Positions 52,011-63,732 of a DNA stretch of 64,000 nt are shown one piece after another. This DNA is from Vicugna vicugna. Taxonomy: Eukaryota. The notes beneath the pieces were generated by a model. The model ran no database searches and was not told where the DNA came from. It worked only from the letters and a program-made list of their open reading frames with translations. Within the stretch, counting starts at the first letter, position 1, and every line of letters starts with the position of its first letter. Made by a program: the position numbers and the translations under genes. The DNA lies in contig MU061579.1 in NCBI GenBank assembly GCA_013265495.1, positions 6,424,124 through 6,488,123 on the forward strand, read 5' to 3'.

Positions 52011-55000
52011 ACAGATTTATGTCTCCCCTGCCCCAGCCACTATGTGTCTGAATAGGGCACAGATACAAATGCAGACATTTTTATCTTGACTCTGTTATTA
52101 AACTGTCTTCTGAGGACAGGGATCCTACATTTTCCTTTATATCCTTGGTGGAGCCTAAGAAATGATTATATAGAATATGCATGGGAATCAAACACTGAGA
52201 GCTTGAAAATAGATAATATTAAATTGCACCCTCTATTGACACAAGTCAACAAATATAAACCAAATGATAACAAGGAACTCTAGACAGCAACATCAGAATA
52301 TGACCAAGTGAAGGGAAGGTTAACAAAATCAGTATAAAGACAGAAGCATCAACCAAAGACTCAAAGCCAAGCAAAATTTAATAATTTCTGGTTTTGCAGT
52401 AAAGAAATGGGTTTCAAAGTGGTAAAGTAAATGGGCTCCAGAAAGGAAAAAAGCATTAGTATTCAGATGTGAAGTTCTCTAAAGTCAGAGCTTTCTCTCT
52501 TTGTGGCAATCAAACTATGTCTTGGCTGAAGCAACAGAGGTACCATTGAGTGCTTTGGACAAAGTGGGTCTACTTGTGCTATTCTGGGAAATAATCAGCT
52601 AAGTGCCATTTCTTATGATGTTATGAGTTAAGAGGTTCAAACTATTGATTTGGGGTAATTCAAATTGTACAAAATGAAAGCAAGATTTTTTCCCCCCATC
52701 TTCACTAAAGCAAAAATTTTTAAAATGTCATTTTAGGTGAAATCATCAAACTGCCTACTTCCTACTTTGGTGAATGAGTAATGTAGAAGTTTAAATAATA
52801 TATTTAGTTAAATGTCTGTTTAGGCTTTCATCATACAGAAATGCAAAAATCCTGACATTATGTCTCCTTTCTACCACCTAATCCAGATCTATTCTCTCCC
52901 AACTAACCAACTAACTCTGGTTAAGAAGCATACATTGCCTTTAGAAGAGAATTTGAGAATGTGGTCTGTGCACTGATTAGAATAAAATATGCAACAGACT
53001 TGGTTAGAAATATTACTTAAACTTTAAGACAAAAGACTTTTCTTGGAGAATAATGTATTAATTGTACCCTGACCAGAATATAAAAAAATTTACAAAATTG
53101 ACCTACCATTAGGCCACAGATTATATCTATAAGTACACATGTGAAATTAGCTTTAAATATCAGCCTTTCTTTAAGCAGAATGTTGAGTAAAATGCTCTGA
53201 AATTAACTATGTTAATGTCTTAATATTGCCATTTTCATTTTTTATTCTTACGTTTTCCATCTTCTTTTTTTCCCCTATTGGTTGTCTTCTGCTTCTGTCC
53301 ATTGGAGAAGAAGGAAGAAAGGAGGAGTGAGGACTTTCAAAGTTTCTGCATTGACCTGTGCTCAGTAAGTTCTGTTTCCAATACGGAGTATTCAATCAAA
53401 TCCTTGTATAAGCCAAAGACATGAATGAGTAATTACACAGGGCCTTCATGGGAAAAATAGATACAGGTCTGCTTAAGAGCTGAGGGACTTGCACTGTTAT
53501 GAGAATGAATAAATATAAATGTCATTGGGAAAAAGTCATGTCAGAGTCTTGAGAGAATGCCTTGGGATTATTTGCATGTACAACTCTGGGAGACTTGGCT
53601 GAAGAAAGGAGTTGATTAAGGGAGCCTTGGCGTTAGAATTGTTCTCCCTCCTTCCTCTCCCTCTTTCCTCAATCAGAATATTAGATTATGTATAGGAGAA
53701 AGAGAGGAATTATAAGGCATGATAGGGCATGGGGCATTAGAATGCAGGAAGTCAGAGAACCAGGGGCTCCAAAAGCAGATGAGACTGGGTTAGAATGTTA
53801 AACACACTAACTTCCTAGTTAAGAAATTTAAGATAAATAATGTCACCTATCTATGGCTTACTTTTAATATCTATAAAATGAGGATAACAGTAATTGTTTT
53901 TTTACGTTATTTAATCGTTAATTTTTAAAATAAGTATATGGAGGGTATTATCTTGCTAAAGAAGTTAAAATGGTAAAAGACACTTGAATTCAAGCAAATG
54001 GTATTGGAACAACTCCCAGTAGATCTTTTATTTCAGCAATCTAGTTTTATTCTTTTCCTTTTCCAGCAGCTCTTTTGCAATAAAAGTGAGGCCATGAGGC
54101 TTATTGCTTGATAAAGAGGGTAGCATCATTGTAGAACATAGAGCAAAGGAATGGACCACATGGAGAAACACTGAACCACCACAGAGAGGAAGTTAAAAGC
54201 CTTTCCTCTTCAGATTATAGACACCTATTGAGAGATGAATAGTGTAGTTTTTTAAAAGGCACTAGTTAACTGTTTCTCTTTAAGTAGGAGGTTGGAACTC
54301 CTGAGGGTGTATTGCAAATCAAGGGATCAAAGAAAGACTTAGATGTCTTTTCAGAAGCAAAACCTCAGGGTAAGAGGCTAGCTCCTCATTCATTTATCTA
54401 TTGATCGATCTATTGATCTAGGCTATTTCCCTGGAAAATGCAAATCCCTATCAGAAACCAAACGGTTAGCATGGTGCCGTATCTAAACAGACACAGGGAA
54501 GTAGATTAGAAATGGCTGATGGAGGTGTCCATAGAGGTGTAAGTTCTCAACCTCCTCAGGGCCTGCATAGAATGAAGGGTACCCAGAGCCCCCACAAAAG
54601 AACACAATATGGCTGAGAGTGCTAGCTGGAGAACTCATCAGAGACAGAACCACCAAGAGGGATGAAGTGACTCTGAAGTAGAAGGCTTCAGGGTAGATTT
54701 TCCTGGAGCTGCAGGAGAGTCATTGCCATAACTCAGGGCATGTGAAGTATCAGTCGGAGCAAAGGTGGGGCGCCTAGTCAGAGGGAGATGGCTAACTTCC
54801 CAATTATCTGGTTTTTATCTCACTTCATTCTACCCTCAACTTGGTTAATACATTTCATGTATAGTTTTATCTTTCTTCCCAATACAATCTTAAATTAATT
54901 TTCAGTTAAACTAATTAATGTTCAATTAAGCAAACCTGGAATATAGCAAAAATAATAGCAAACAGAATAAATACACCTAGTATGATACATTATCCTCATT

Positions 55001-55257
55001 TCATGTATACTGTTTCATATACTTAAGACCATAATTTCACTAATTTTATGTCCCTTTAAAATCCCATTTCACTTAATATATTTTGAACATTTGGTCTCTT
55101 CCATCTCATTGGGGGAGAGGGGTTGCCCTTAAGAGGATTTTTTAGGAACCAATGAAAAACAGGATTTTCAGAGCACATCAGTGCTTGGCTTTTCCCTAGA
55201 ATTTCAGAATCTTCTAACCAGGAAGCTAAGAACTTGTTGATTTAAGAATATGTGCTC

Positions 55258-55640
55258 CATGTTAGTTTAGGTCAGACATCAAGATTGGATTCACACACAA
55301 GGATCATATCAAGAGAGATGCTTTTGTAAAAGAAAATAGGAAGATATCTGTGAAAAGCTGGGAGACCCATGTGACTAAGATACCAGTTTGACATTGCAGA
55401 GAGGGAGAAAAGGTTGAGGGAAGTATACTTAACTGCTATACAAGGAAGTCCTTGAGTCATTAGAGAAACCCTGGTTTGCCTTAATATACCTGTCCATCCC
55501 TCACCTTCCACCTCATTGGTTGATAGCAGCCAAATGAGAGACATTGCCTATGGGCAAATTAGACAATAGATTTCAAATCTCAGCTGTTGAACTCTTTCAG
55601 GTTCTATTCTGGTCTGCCGGGGACAGTCTTATGATTGCCC
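55258..55640 (-). mobile_element. LTR16-like ERVL LTR relic
   Basis: CAGACATCAAGATTGGATT..GCTGGGAGACCC..CTCATTGGTTGATAGCAGCC..GATTTCAAATCTCAGCTG. Confidence 0.5.
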
Positions 55641-56082
55641 CTGGTCGTTTATAGGTAAAGAAAGGGCATTTAAAGTTTTCTCACAGATTTTTATTTACAG
55701 AAGTGGCACCAATTAATCTTTGGACCAAACATCCTTTACCTTAGGAAAATCATCAAAATTAATCTTTAAGTTGATTGAAGTCATTATTTAAAAATATAAC
55801 ATTTGGCATACTACAAAAATTTAACAAAGTTGGATCAGGGCTCGTTTCATACTTAAAACTAAGAGAAAGGTGAGTTTGAAGCCTAGTTCAAACCATCTCT
55901 ACCCTCATCTTTACATTTCAAAACTTGGTGTACATTTTTAAATGCTCTTAATTAGGTTGGCTTCCCTACAACTTTATCTCAGATATCATTATTCTTTCCT
56001 ACATATTTTCTCTACTTTTGGCAGCTTTTCTCTCCTGCTGTCTCAGTTGCTGCTTGTGTTCATGTATAATTGTAGCTCTTAC

Positions 56083-56280
56083 CTGAAAGCAACTCTTTGT
56101 GGGTCTGTAAAATCTGTTCGGTGTTTCCGCTGCAGTTGAAGTCTATTGTTAAGCCATCCAATGCCACAAAGCAAAACTTCCGGGATTCTGCAGCAGAAAG
56201 GCATTACGCTGCATTCTTTTGTGTAGGGGTCATTTGCTGCTCTTTCAAAGGGGTTTTCTAGTGGAAATAATTATTTGAAT
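56083..56280 (-). other. Candidate 198-nt spliced exon (probably non-coding)
   Basis: Minus-strand acceptor AAATGCCCTTTCTCCAG| and donor TTTCAG|GTAAGA; non-repetitive, retains several CpGs; every frame has at least one stop. Confidence 0.3.
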
Positions 56281-56934
56281 CTGGAGAAAGGGCATTTAAA
56301 TTTCTCACAGATTTCAGTTTATAGGAGTAGTAGTATGAACGTGTATTTTGAGAAAATCATCTTTACTTTGGGAAAGTAATTAAACTGTCTTTTACTTAAA
56401 AAATATTAAAGAAACAATGTCCCATTGTCCTTAGAATTATGTCAAGACTAACCTGAAAGCAGATGGTTGAAACTGAAAATACTGAAGGTTTGCTTCAGAT
56501 ATTTAAATGATACATTTAAAATTTTTAAGAATACATATTTTCCTAAATATATATTTGGGCTTAACTCTCTGATTTTTTTGGCAATGTAGCTGTTGTTTTA
56601 ATTCAATTATTTTCTCAAAGAGATTCTGTGAACAGAATATTTCTGGGAGCATTCGTAGGACTGATGTTTCATGCTTTATATTACAGGAAGGGCTGGGAAC
56701 AGAATCTCTACCAGGATGCTGGGGTCTTATTCATGATGCTCTTTTTGAATGAATCTCTCAGTATTTAAGAATTCTTTTGTCATATGTTTTGATTTTCCTC
56801 TCTTAGCTACTTTTCTGTTTCCAGGGAAGGAAATGCATATTCCCATTGCCAATCATTCTGCAGTGGGAAACTAAATGGCCCTCGGAAGTGGGAAACAGTA
56901 ACTTTCCTCTTGCTCTACGTCCAAAGTCTGGATC

Positions 56935-57374
56935 TGAGACATGTGGGAAGGGGGCAGGGCACAACCACTAAAGGAATGAAACAACAATTGAGGATAGGAC
57001 AAACTGGTGAGAACCAAGATGGTGGAAGATTCAACTTCTAGTAGATCTTGAATCTCATGGCACATCCACAAGAGTCATGACAGTTCCCAGGCTGACCTTA
57101 AAATGCCAAACGGTGGGTGGGACTCAATTCCTGGAAATCCCCACCCCTTTCCCAACATAGTTGGAATAATCTCCCCACTCATTAGCATATGATATTACCC
57201 AGTATGTAAAAACTAATAACCCTACACCTCATGGCTTCTCTCCCTCTTGCCTTTTGGCATGGCCCGCACTCTGTCTATAGAGTGTATATCTCTCTGAATA
57301 AACTTGCTTTCACTTTACTATGCCTTGCTCTTGAATTCTTTTCTGTGCCAAAGAGCCTGTATTCTCCAGTAACA
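56935..57374 (+). mobile_element. MER41-like ERV1 solo LTR
   Basis: TGAGACATGTGGGAAGGGGGCAGGGCAC..AATAAACTTGCTTTCACTTTAC..CTTGAATTCTTT..CCAGTAACA; near-TSD GATC (56931-56934) / AATC (57375-57378). Confidence 0.85.
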
Positions 57375-57664
57375 AATCTCAGTTAGGGGGAAGATTTATG
57401 GGGATGTACTTTGGTGGAGTTTGAGCAGACATCTTCCAATTGGAAGTCATAAGATTAGTCTTTTTAGTTGCCAGTGTACGTTTTTCCCAGTATTGTATTC
57501 TCTTGTCTTCAACTTTTGGTAAATCTCCATATGTAGAGGAATGTTTTTCCAGGAAAGAAATCACATAATCTTTCTTCTGTACATACCATACTAATTCTCT
57601 CATTTTAAAACATTTCTGGCAGTTACAGGAGTTTTGATTTCCTGACTTTGATAATGATTTCAGA

Positions 57665-57672
57665 GTGTGTGC

Positions 57673-57724
<52 letters not shown>
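57665..57724. repeat. (GT)n microsatellite
   Basis: 60 bp of alternating purine-pyrimidine. Confidence 0.95.
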
Positions 57725-57727
<3 letters not shown>

Positions 57728-58118
57728 CTTACGTGTGTACCAAAAAGACATCACCTAATATGTTCAGGTTACAGAGAATTGGGTTTTGTGTGCTAAGTTT
57801 AGGTTTGTAAACTCTTCAACTTTTTCCCTTTTCCCTTTTTATATCCTGATATTTTGATACAAATTAACAAGTAGACAAAAAAGAAGGGTCTTTTTTGATG
57901 GTAATACAAACAACATGAAATACATAAATGCAAGAGCTGAAGGAACATGATAACATCTACCTCTCAGTATTACCTCTTACAGAATTCATTCTCATTGATG
58001 TGATGAGTAGAGATAATTGCAGCAGATTCAGAACTTTGTATATGTCATTAAAGTTGGTGTACTGGGGGAATGGGTGTGTTAAAGATTAGGGTGGTGGTTT
58101 ATCTTAACGACTGTATTA

Positions 58119-58320
58119 CAGTGGTTCTCAACTGGTGAGACTTTTGCCCACTAGGGGACATCTGGCAATATCTGGAGACATTTTTGATTGGCACAACTGG
58201 ATTGAGGGTGCACTGCTACTAGCATCTAGTGGGTAGAGGTGGGGGATGCTGCTAAGCCTCTTGAAATGTGTAAGACATCCCCCCACAACTATAGCAATAG
58301 CGCCAAAGGTAGAAGCCCTA
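58119..58320 (+). mobile_element. MER20 hAT-Charlie DNA transposon
   Basis: CAGTGGTTCTCAAC..GGGGACATCTGGCAATATCTGGAGACATTTTTG..GCATCTAGTGGGTAGAGG; 8-bp TSD CTGTATTA / CTGTATTG. Confidence 0.92.
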
Positions 58321-59519
58321 CTGTATTGAAGTATGCCTCACTGCAGAAGGGGGAGAAGGTAAAGCACCCATGTGTGCTGAAGAACACCCATGGTGTTCCT
58401 AAATATATGCACAATCAGAGAAGGGCCTGGCTGCTTGGTAGGAATGTCCTGCTTTCCCTCGTTTGCTTACTTATTATAAAAAGTTGTTTTCAAAACATTA
58501 ATATAGTCGTAGTTACCTATGATAGAGTAGAAGCCTTAGGGATTGGGTAAATGCCTCTCAAAGAGTGTTATCAGGGATCTATTTCTTTATATTTCTGTAG
58601 TGATTTTGTCAGTACTGTTTATCTTGTGCTCTGTCTGAAAATAAAATATTATTTGAAAGTTTGATATAAATTAAACAGGAATTATGGCAAAATATCTGAA
58701 GAGTCTGAGTCCATTTTATACTCTCTGAATGTAAACAAGTAAAATCATATTTTTTCTAATGGAAAGAGATTTCTTTGTCACTGAGAGAATGGTTTCTTTA
58801 ATTGCTGTTGATGAATCACAGTAGATTATTTTTTAATTTCTAAGTTAAGATACAGCAATAATTAATTTCACTTTCTCCGAGGAGTGTGATTCTAAATTTG
58901 CCAGAGTCTACATATAGTAGGTTGGTGATCATGATGATGTAGCTGCAATGCCAAAAACCTTGCAAATTCAGTTAAAAGACAGCCCTGTCAGTGAAAACCT
59001 CAATCTGGATATTTGACAATAAGCTGGAATGATGTCCAGATGACTGAAACTTTTACTGAATTGCCTGGCTTGTTTTGGCATCTTGATGACACAATCTATA
59101 TTTACAACTCCCTTCTGACTCAGATTATCTCTTGTACTTGGTTTCTAATCTTCTATTCCAGAATGAAAAGTAGCAATTATGTCAGTAGGCAAGCCACCAT
59201 TTATTACATTTATTTATGTACTCTGAATTAGGAAAGACAATCCCTGTTTTCATTCACTTCTCAATAGTGGAGTCTCCATATAATCTTAATTACCAAATCA
59301 AAGATTAAAAGTATTATGAGAATGAGTAGGCTTGTTTTTGGCCAAAACACTTTAAAAATTTAGTAGCCATGTTGGAAGAAACATCCTCTTAAGTCTAAAA
59401 CAGCAGGAAAAGGTCAAGTTAAGAAGATGCAAGGGGAAATAATTTAGTTTGATGTTTATTGGTTTCAGTTAATGTTTAATTATCACATAATCTCAGCCAG
59501 GCATTGATTATTTTATAGA

Positions 59520-59720
59520 ATTACTATTACAGTAACGTTCACTTAGTGCTGATTATGTGCCAGACATTTATCAAATTGTTCTACATGTATTATGTTATTT
59601 AATTCTCACAATATGTCATTTACAGTGAAACCTACATTTTATAGTTGAGGGAACTAAAGCACAAAGGTTTAAATAATATCCCCAACCTTAACAATACAAG
59701 TAAAGAGTGCAGCTTGGGTA
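59520..59720 (-). mobile_element. MIR SINE
   Basis: CACTTAGTGCTGATTATGTGCCAGAC..TTTAATTCTCACAA..ATTTTATAGTTGAGGGAACTAAAGCAC. Confidence 0.7.
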
Positions 59721-60244
59721 AACATGACATAGATGAGTGAGATACTGCTACTACCCTTCAGAAACTTTCAGGTTGTAAGAGTTTGAGTTCCATCATGTCC
59801 TAGTTTCTCCATTACCCTTTGTACCACCAGAATCCGCATTCATGAAATAGGAATGTTGATCAAACTATGCCACTGCAGTCTGCTTTATTCTAACAAAGTA
59901 TGTTAAATTTCCTAAACCTATTCCTTAATTGGTGAAAGCACCTATCTTACAGATTTATTGTGAGGGAAACATGAGATAGCAGTTGCAAAAACGCTTAGTA
60001 ATCTGAAGACTGAAGTTGTCACTGCCAGCTCCAAAGGGCATGATGACACTAGTTTGTAAATTACTGTGACCTCAATGATGAGATGACTAATTTAACTCCT
60101 ATTTTACTACCAGCGTTTAACCGCTGGGGAGTGGGAAAACCAAACCCTTTAAGATGTACTTACTAAATAAATATGAATCACCTCAGGTGTCCTACGCCCT
60201 CCTTCCTTCCTCCCTTCTTTACTATCTTTAATGTTCAAATCACC

Positions 60245-60740
60245 TGTATCATTAGCTGCTGCTGGGTAACTGACAACCCCAATACAGCAGCTCAAAAAAA
60301 AAAAAAAAACCACCATTTATTATTTCTTATGAGCTGAAGAGGTGGTTAAGCAGTTCTGTTGATCCGAGTCAGAAGTGACTATAGCCTGTGAGTTGACTGG
60401 GGGCTGGCTGGGCCAAGATGACTTGAGTAAGTGACTCGTCACTGCTTTAAGTGGTTTCTCATCTTCCAGCAGTTTAACACTGGCTTGTTCTCATGACAGT
60501 GATAGAATTTTGAGAGACAGAGTGAAAGTACAAAAGGTATTTTGAGATCTACACTTGAAACTGGCACACTGCCACTTCTGCCACAATCTATTGATCAAAG
60601 CAAGCCACAAGGCAAGCCCAGATGCAAGGGGTAGATTAATAGACTCCTTTTTATGAGAGAGGGGGTTGCAGCATTAATTTACAAAGGTTGAGAGTACTGG
60701 GAGATGTGGAGAACCAAGATCATTTTTTGCAGTCAACCTT
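60245..60740 (-). mobile_element. MLT1G/H-type LTR
   Basis: TGTATCATTAGCTGCTGCTG..CATTTATTATTTCT..CTCATCTTCCAGCAG..CACTTCTGCCACAATCTATTGATCAAAGCAAGCCACAAGGC. Confidence 0.8.
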
Positions 60741-62099
60741 TTAGGCCTCCCATGGTCAGTGCTTATCAGTTGGTCAGCTCTCGTTCACAGCTTTACTCCC
60801 TTATCTGTTTAACAGTCAGTCTTTGCCTAAGGTGTCCTTCAGTTTCAGTAAAACTCCTGCAATTTTCTTACACTCTTTTACTTTGAATCTGTTAGTTTTC
60901 TTGGTTGTTGCATGGCCTGTAGTGGATATATGATTATTTATGTTCCCTTCCAGATTGACATCCACCACTCTTGACCCCAGGGTATCTGCATTGACTGGTC
61001 TTGGCTGCTTCCAGTGTCAAGGTCAGCTGTGTGTGGTAGCTTTTGGTATCAGTGTTCTCTGGAATCACTTCACCAGAGATTTTTCCTGAAAAACTAATCA
61101 CCTCCCACTAGACACCAGGGACCAGCATATGGCCATCTGCTTTTATAGATCTTAATACCATAATTTGCGGATTTATGACTTTTTAAAACTTAATAAGCTG
61201 CAGAGATATTGCCTGCATTGTATCTGTGATCTAGTAATCCCTTGTTTTTACTACTCTCTTTCACTTCTAGTTGGTCTTTCAACTTTATGCCAAGCCAAAG
61301 TGGTTTTTTTTTTTTTTTGAGTCATAAAAGAGTATCAGGATTCTCCTTCTTCAAATGTCAAATAGCTATATCTGGACCCAAAGCATAGGTGATTATGCTG
61401 AGGCAAGAATATCCATCTCAAGTTGTTCCTTCTTTTATGTGACAATTCACATTTTTAAAAAAAATAAATTAGGTACTAGAGCTACATGTTTTTATTTGAA
61501 TATGCCATTCATTCTGTTTATAGGGCTGAATAATTTGACCTTGTAAGATTATATCACAAAATATTAATCCATTCTCTTAATAATGGACATTTGGGTTAGT
61601 TCAAGTGTGAGTTATTATGAATAAATATTTTTATATATATATGCATGCATCTTTTTTCATTTACCCTGTGAGATGAATACCTGGGAGCAGCTCTGTTGGG
61701 TAGATATGTGCTAAATACTCCTTCATTTTGAAAGAGATTTCTTGAGGTATAATTTACATGCCATAAACTCACTTACTTAAATACAAAACTCTTTGGTTTT
61801 TGTGTGTGTAAATGTACAGAGTTGTGTCTCCCTCACAATCCCATTTTAGAACAATTCTATCACAGGAAAAAAAGATTTTTCAATGCACACTTTTCTTTAT
61901 CGGCTTCATTTGACATAGTCAGTCTCTCTTTCTTTGTGAAATGTTTCTATGATTCCAGTTCAATACATTCTACCATTTTTATAATTGTTTTTGTTGGTTT
62001 CTGTTTTTTAATGAACTTACTGGCCTTTCTGTGACTTCATTGATGATTTCTACTTTTCTTCCAAACCCTTTAGCATTAGTTTGACTCAGGAATTAGATT

Positions 62100-62440
62100 T
62101 TTTTTTTCATAGTTTACATTAGGGTTTACTCTTGATGATGTATATGCTATTGGTTTTGACAAATGCATAATGACATGTAGCCACTATAGTATCATAAAGA
62201 ATAATTTCATTGCCCTAAAAATCCCCTGTGCTCAGTCTATTCATTTGTCCCTCTCTCCCTCTCACCAAATCCCTGGAAACCATGATCTTTTTATTGTTTT
62301 TGTAGCTGTGCTTTCCAGAATGCCATTTGTTTGGAATCATACAGTTTGTAGCCTTTTCAGACTGGCTTCTTTCACTTAATAATATGTCTTTTAAGTTTCT
62401 TCTATGTCTTTCATGGCTTGATAGATTTTTTTTTTTACTG
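62100..62440 (-). mobile_element. L1MC-type 3' UTR fragment
   Basis: CATAGTTTACATTAGGGTTTACTCTTG..TTTCATTGCCCTAAAAATCCCCTGTGCTC..CCTTTTCAGACTGGCTTCTTTCACTT. Confidence 0.8.
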
Positions 62441-63028
62441 CACATGTATCTTTTCATTTACATATATGTACTGTTCATTGTTTCTAAGAACGTTTAGAGA
62501 TTTAGAAAACATTACTTAGAGCAAAAGAGACAGACATCAAAGGATTGTGGTTTTTTTCATTTTTATCAAGTTCAGCCACCATCAAACTGATGGAAGCATG
62601 TCATAAGAGTGTGTGTATTTCAACTGAAATGTGACAGAAGCTATATATTCTGTGTTAATGGATGTGATTCAAACATATGGTCCATACACTGACTTTCTGA
62701 TACTGTCGAGGGTTAGGAATTTGAAAGATTTGTGAAATCATAAACTTTACATTGACACATTTCACTATTTTTGTTGTATACAGATGTAAATACAAAAAGA
62801 AAGGTAAGAAAAATTACCATTAGACAATAATGGAGAAAATGACATTTTAGTTACAACCCTTTCTCTGACAACCCCCCGTCCTCCCCACCGACACTGACCA
62901 GACAACTGATCAATCCAGGATGTCAGTTGCTGGTTGGGTTCCAGGTGGAATGTTGGGGTGTCCCCTGGGGCTTGTTGTGGCTGGTGGATCCATGATAACT
63001 GGGCAGAGCCCTGTGGTGGACCAGTGCC

Positions 63029-63732
63029 ATGGAGGGGCTATTATCCTCTGTGGATCTTGGCTTTGGGCTGATCCTTAGGCAGCTGAGTGTGGTCCTGGTG
63101 TTGCTGGTGCCCAATGGCCTGTTTCCTCAGTTCATGTTCCAGAGACTCCACTGGGAGACGATGTTGAGTCTGCCTGTCCTCAGCTTATTGGTAGGTGTCT
63201 TATTTACCTTCAGACTTATTCAGTCTGTTAGAACTCAAGTTAATGGAAGACATGAAAAGCAGCTGGCAAAAACATTGGCTGCATAGATTGAGGAGAAGTA
63301 CCACCTCATGGACAAGCTTTGTGTGGCTAAAAAGGAGTGTGCCAAGATGGAGACAACTTTAAAGAATGCCAGGCTAGAGAAGGAGCCAGTAAACATACCC
63401 AGCCTCGCTGACACTTACAGAAAGTTGATGATGGTCAACCTGGTTTGAGGAAGGAAATCAATTTTCTCATCTGAGAACTGAAGAGAGAGAGATCCCTACA
63501 GTCTATCCAAGAGATGGCGGAGATGCTAAAAGCGCCCAAGTTCCTGGAAGAGGTCATGAGAATCAGCACACCACAGGGGCTTTTACAAACCAGCCAGGGG
63601 CCGACGCACCAAGTCCTGATGGTCCCTTTCCCAGGAGTGGGCCCTTGTATTAAAGCTGTGCTGTTCCCTCCCCTCCACTCAGGCCTCCCAAGCTGCCAGG
63701 CTGCATTCACTCTTAGTCAGATCTCCACCTGA
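63029..63732 (+). pseudogene. Intronless cTAGE5/MIA2-derived retro(pseudo)gene: N-terminal TM segment plus first coiled coil, then a short Pro-containing tail; disabled
   Basis: Strong Kozak GCCATGG. Translation MEGLLSSVDLGFGLILRQL..HWETML..FRLIQSVRTQVNGRHEKQLAKTLAA*IEEKYHLMDKL..METTLKNARLEKE..(frameshift)LRKEINFLI*ELKRERS..MAEMLK..LEE aligns by eye with recalled cTAGE5 (MEEPG..LGLLLEEL..PWELVI..RSVRSRLYVGREKKLA..LIEEKSKLLEKF..ESSLKDASFEKE..LEDEILCLEKELKEEKS..MADISK..LEDE). TAG at 63284-63286, frameshift near 63444, TGA at 63472-63474. No introns; GC-richer leader from ~62920; ATTAAA at 63973-63978. Confidence 0.85.

Noticed and set aside
53207..53410. Possible exon on either strand (GTAAGA / GTAAGT donors, 62-aa ORF)
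   Set aside because: Weak acceptors, stops in all frames of the minus candidate, no recognisable peptide.
63029..63286. 85-aa ORF as an intact gene
   Set aside because: cTAGE5 similarity continues in frame past the TAG (IEEK..), so the stop is premature.
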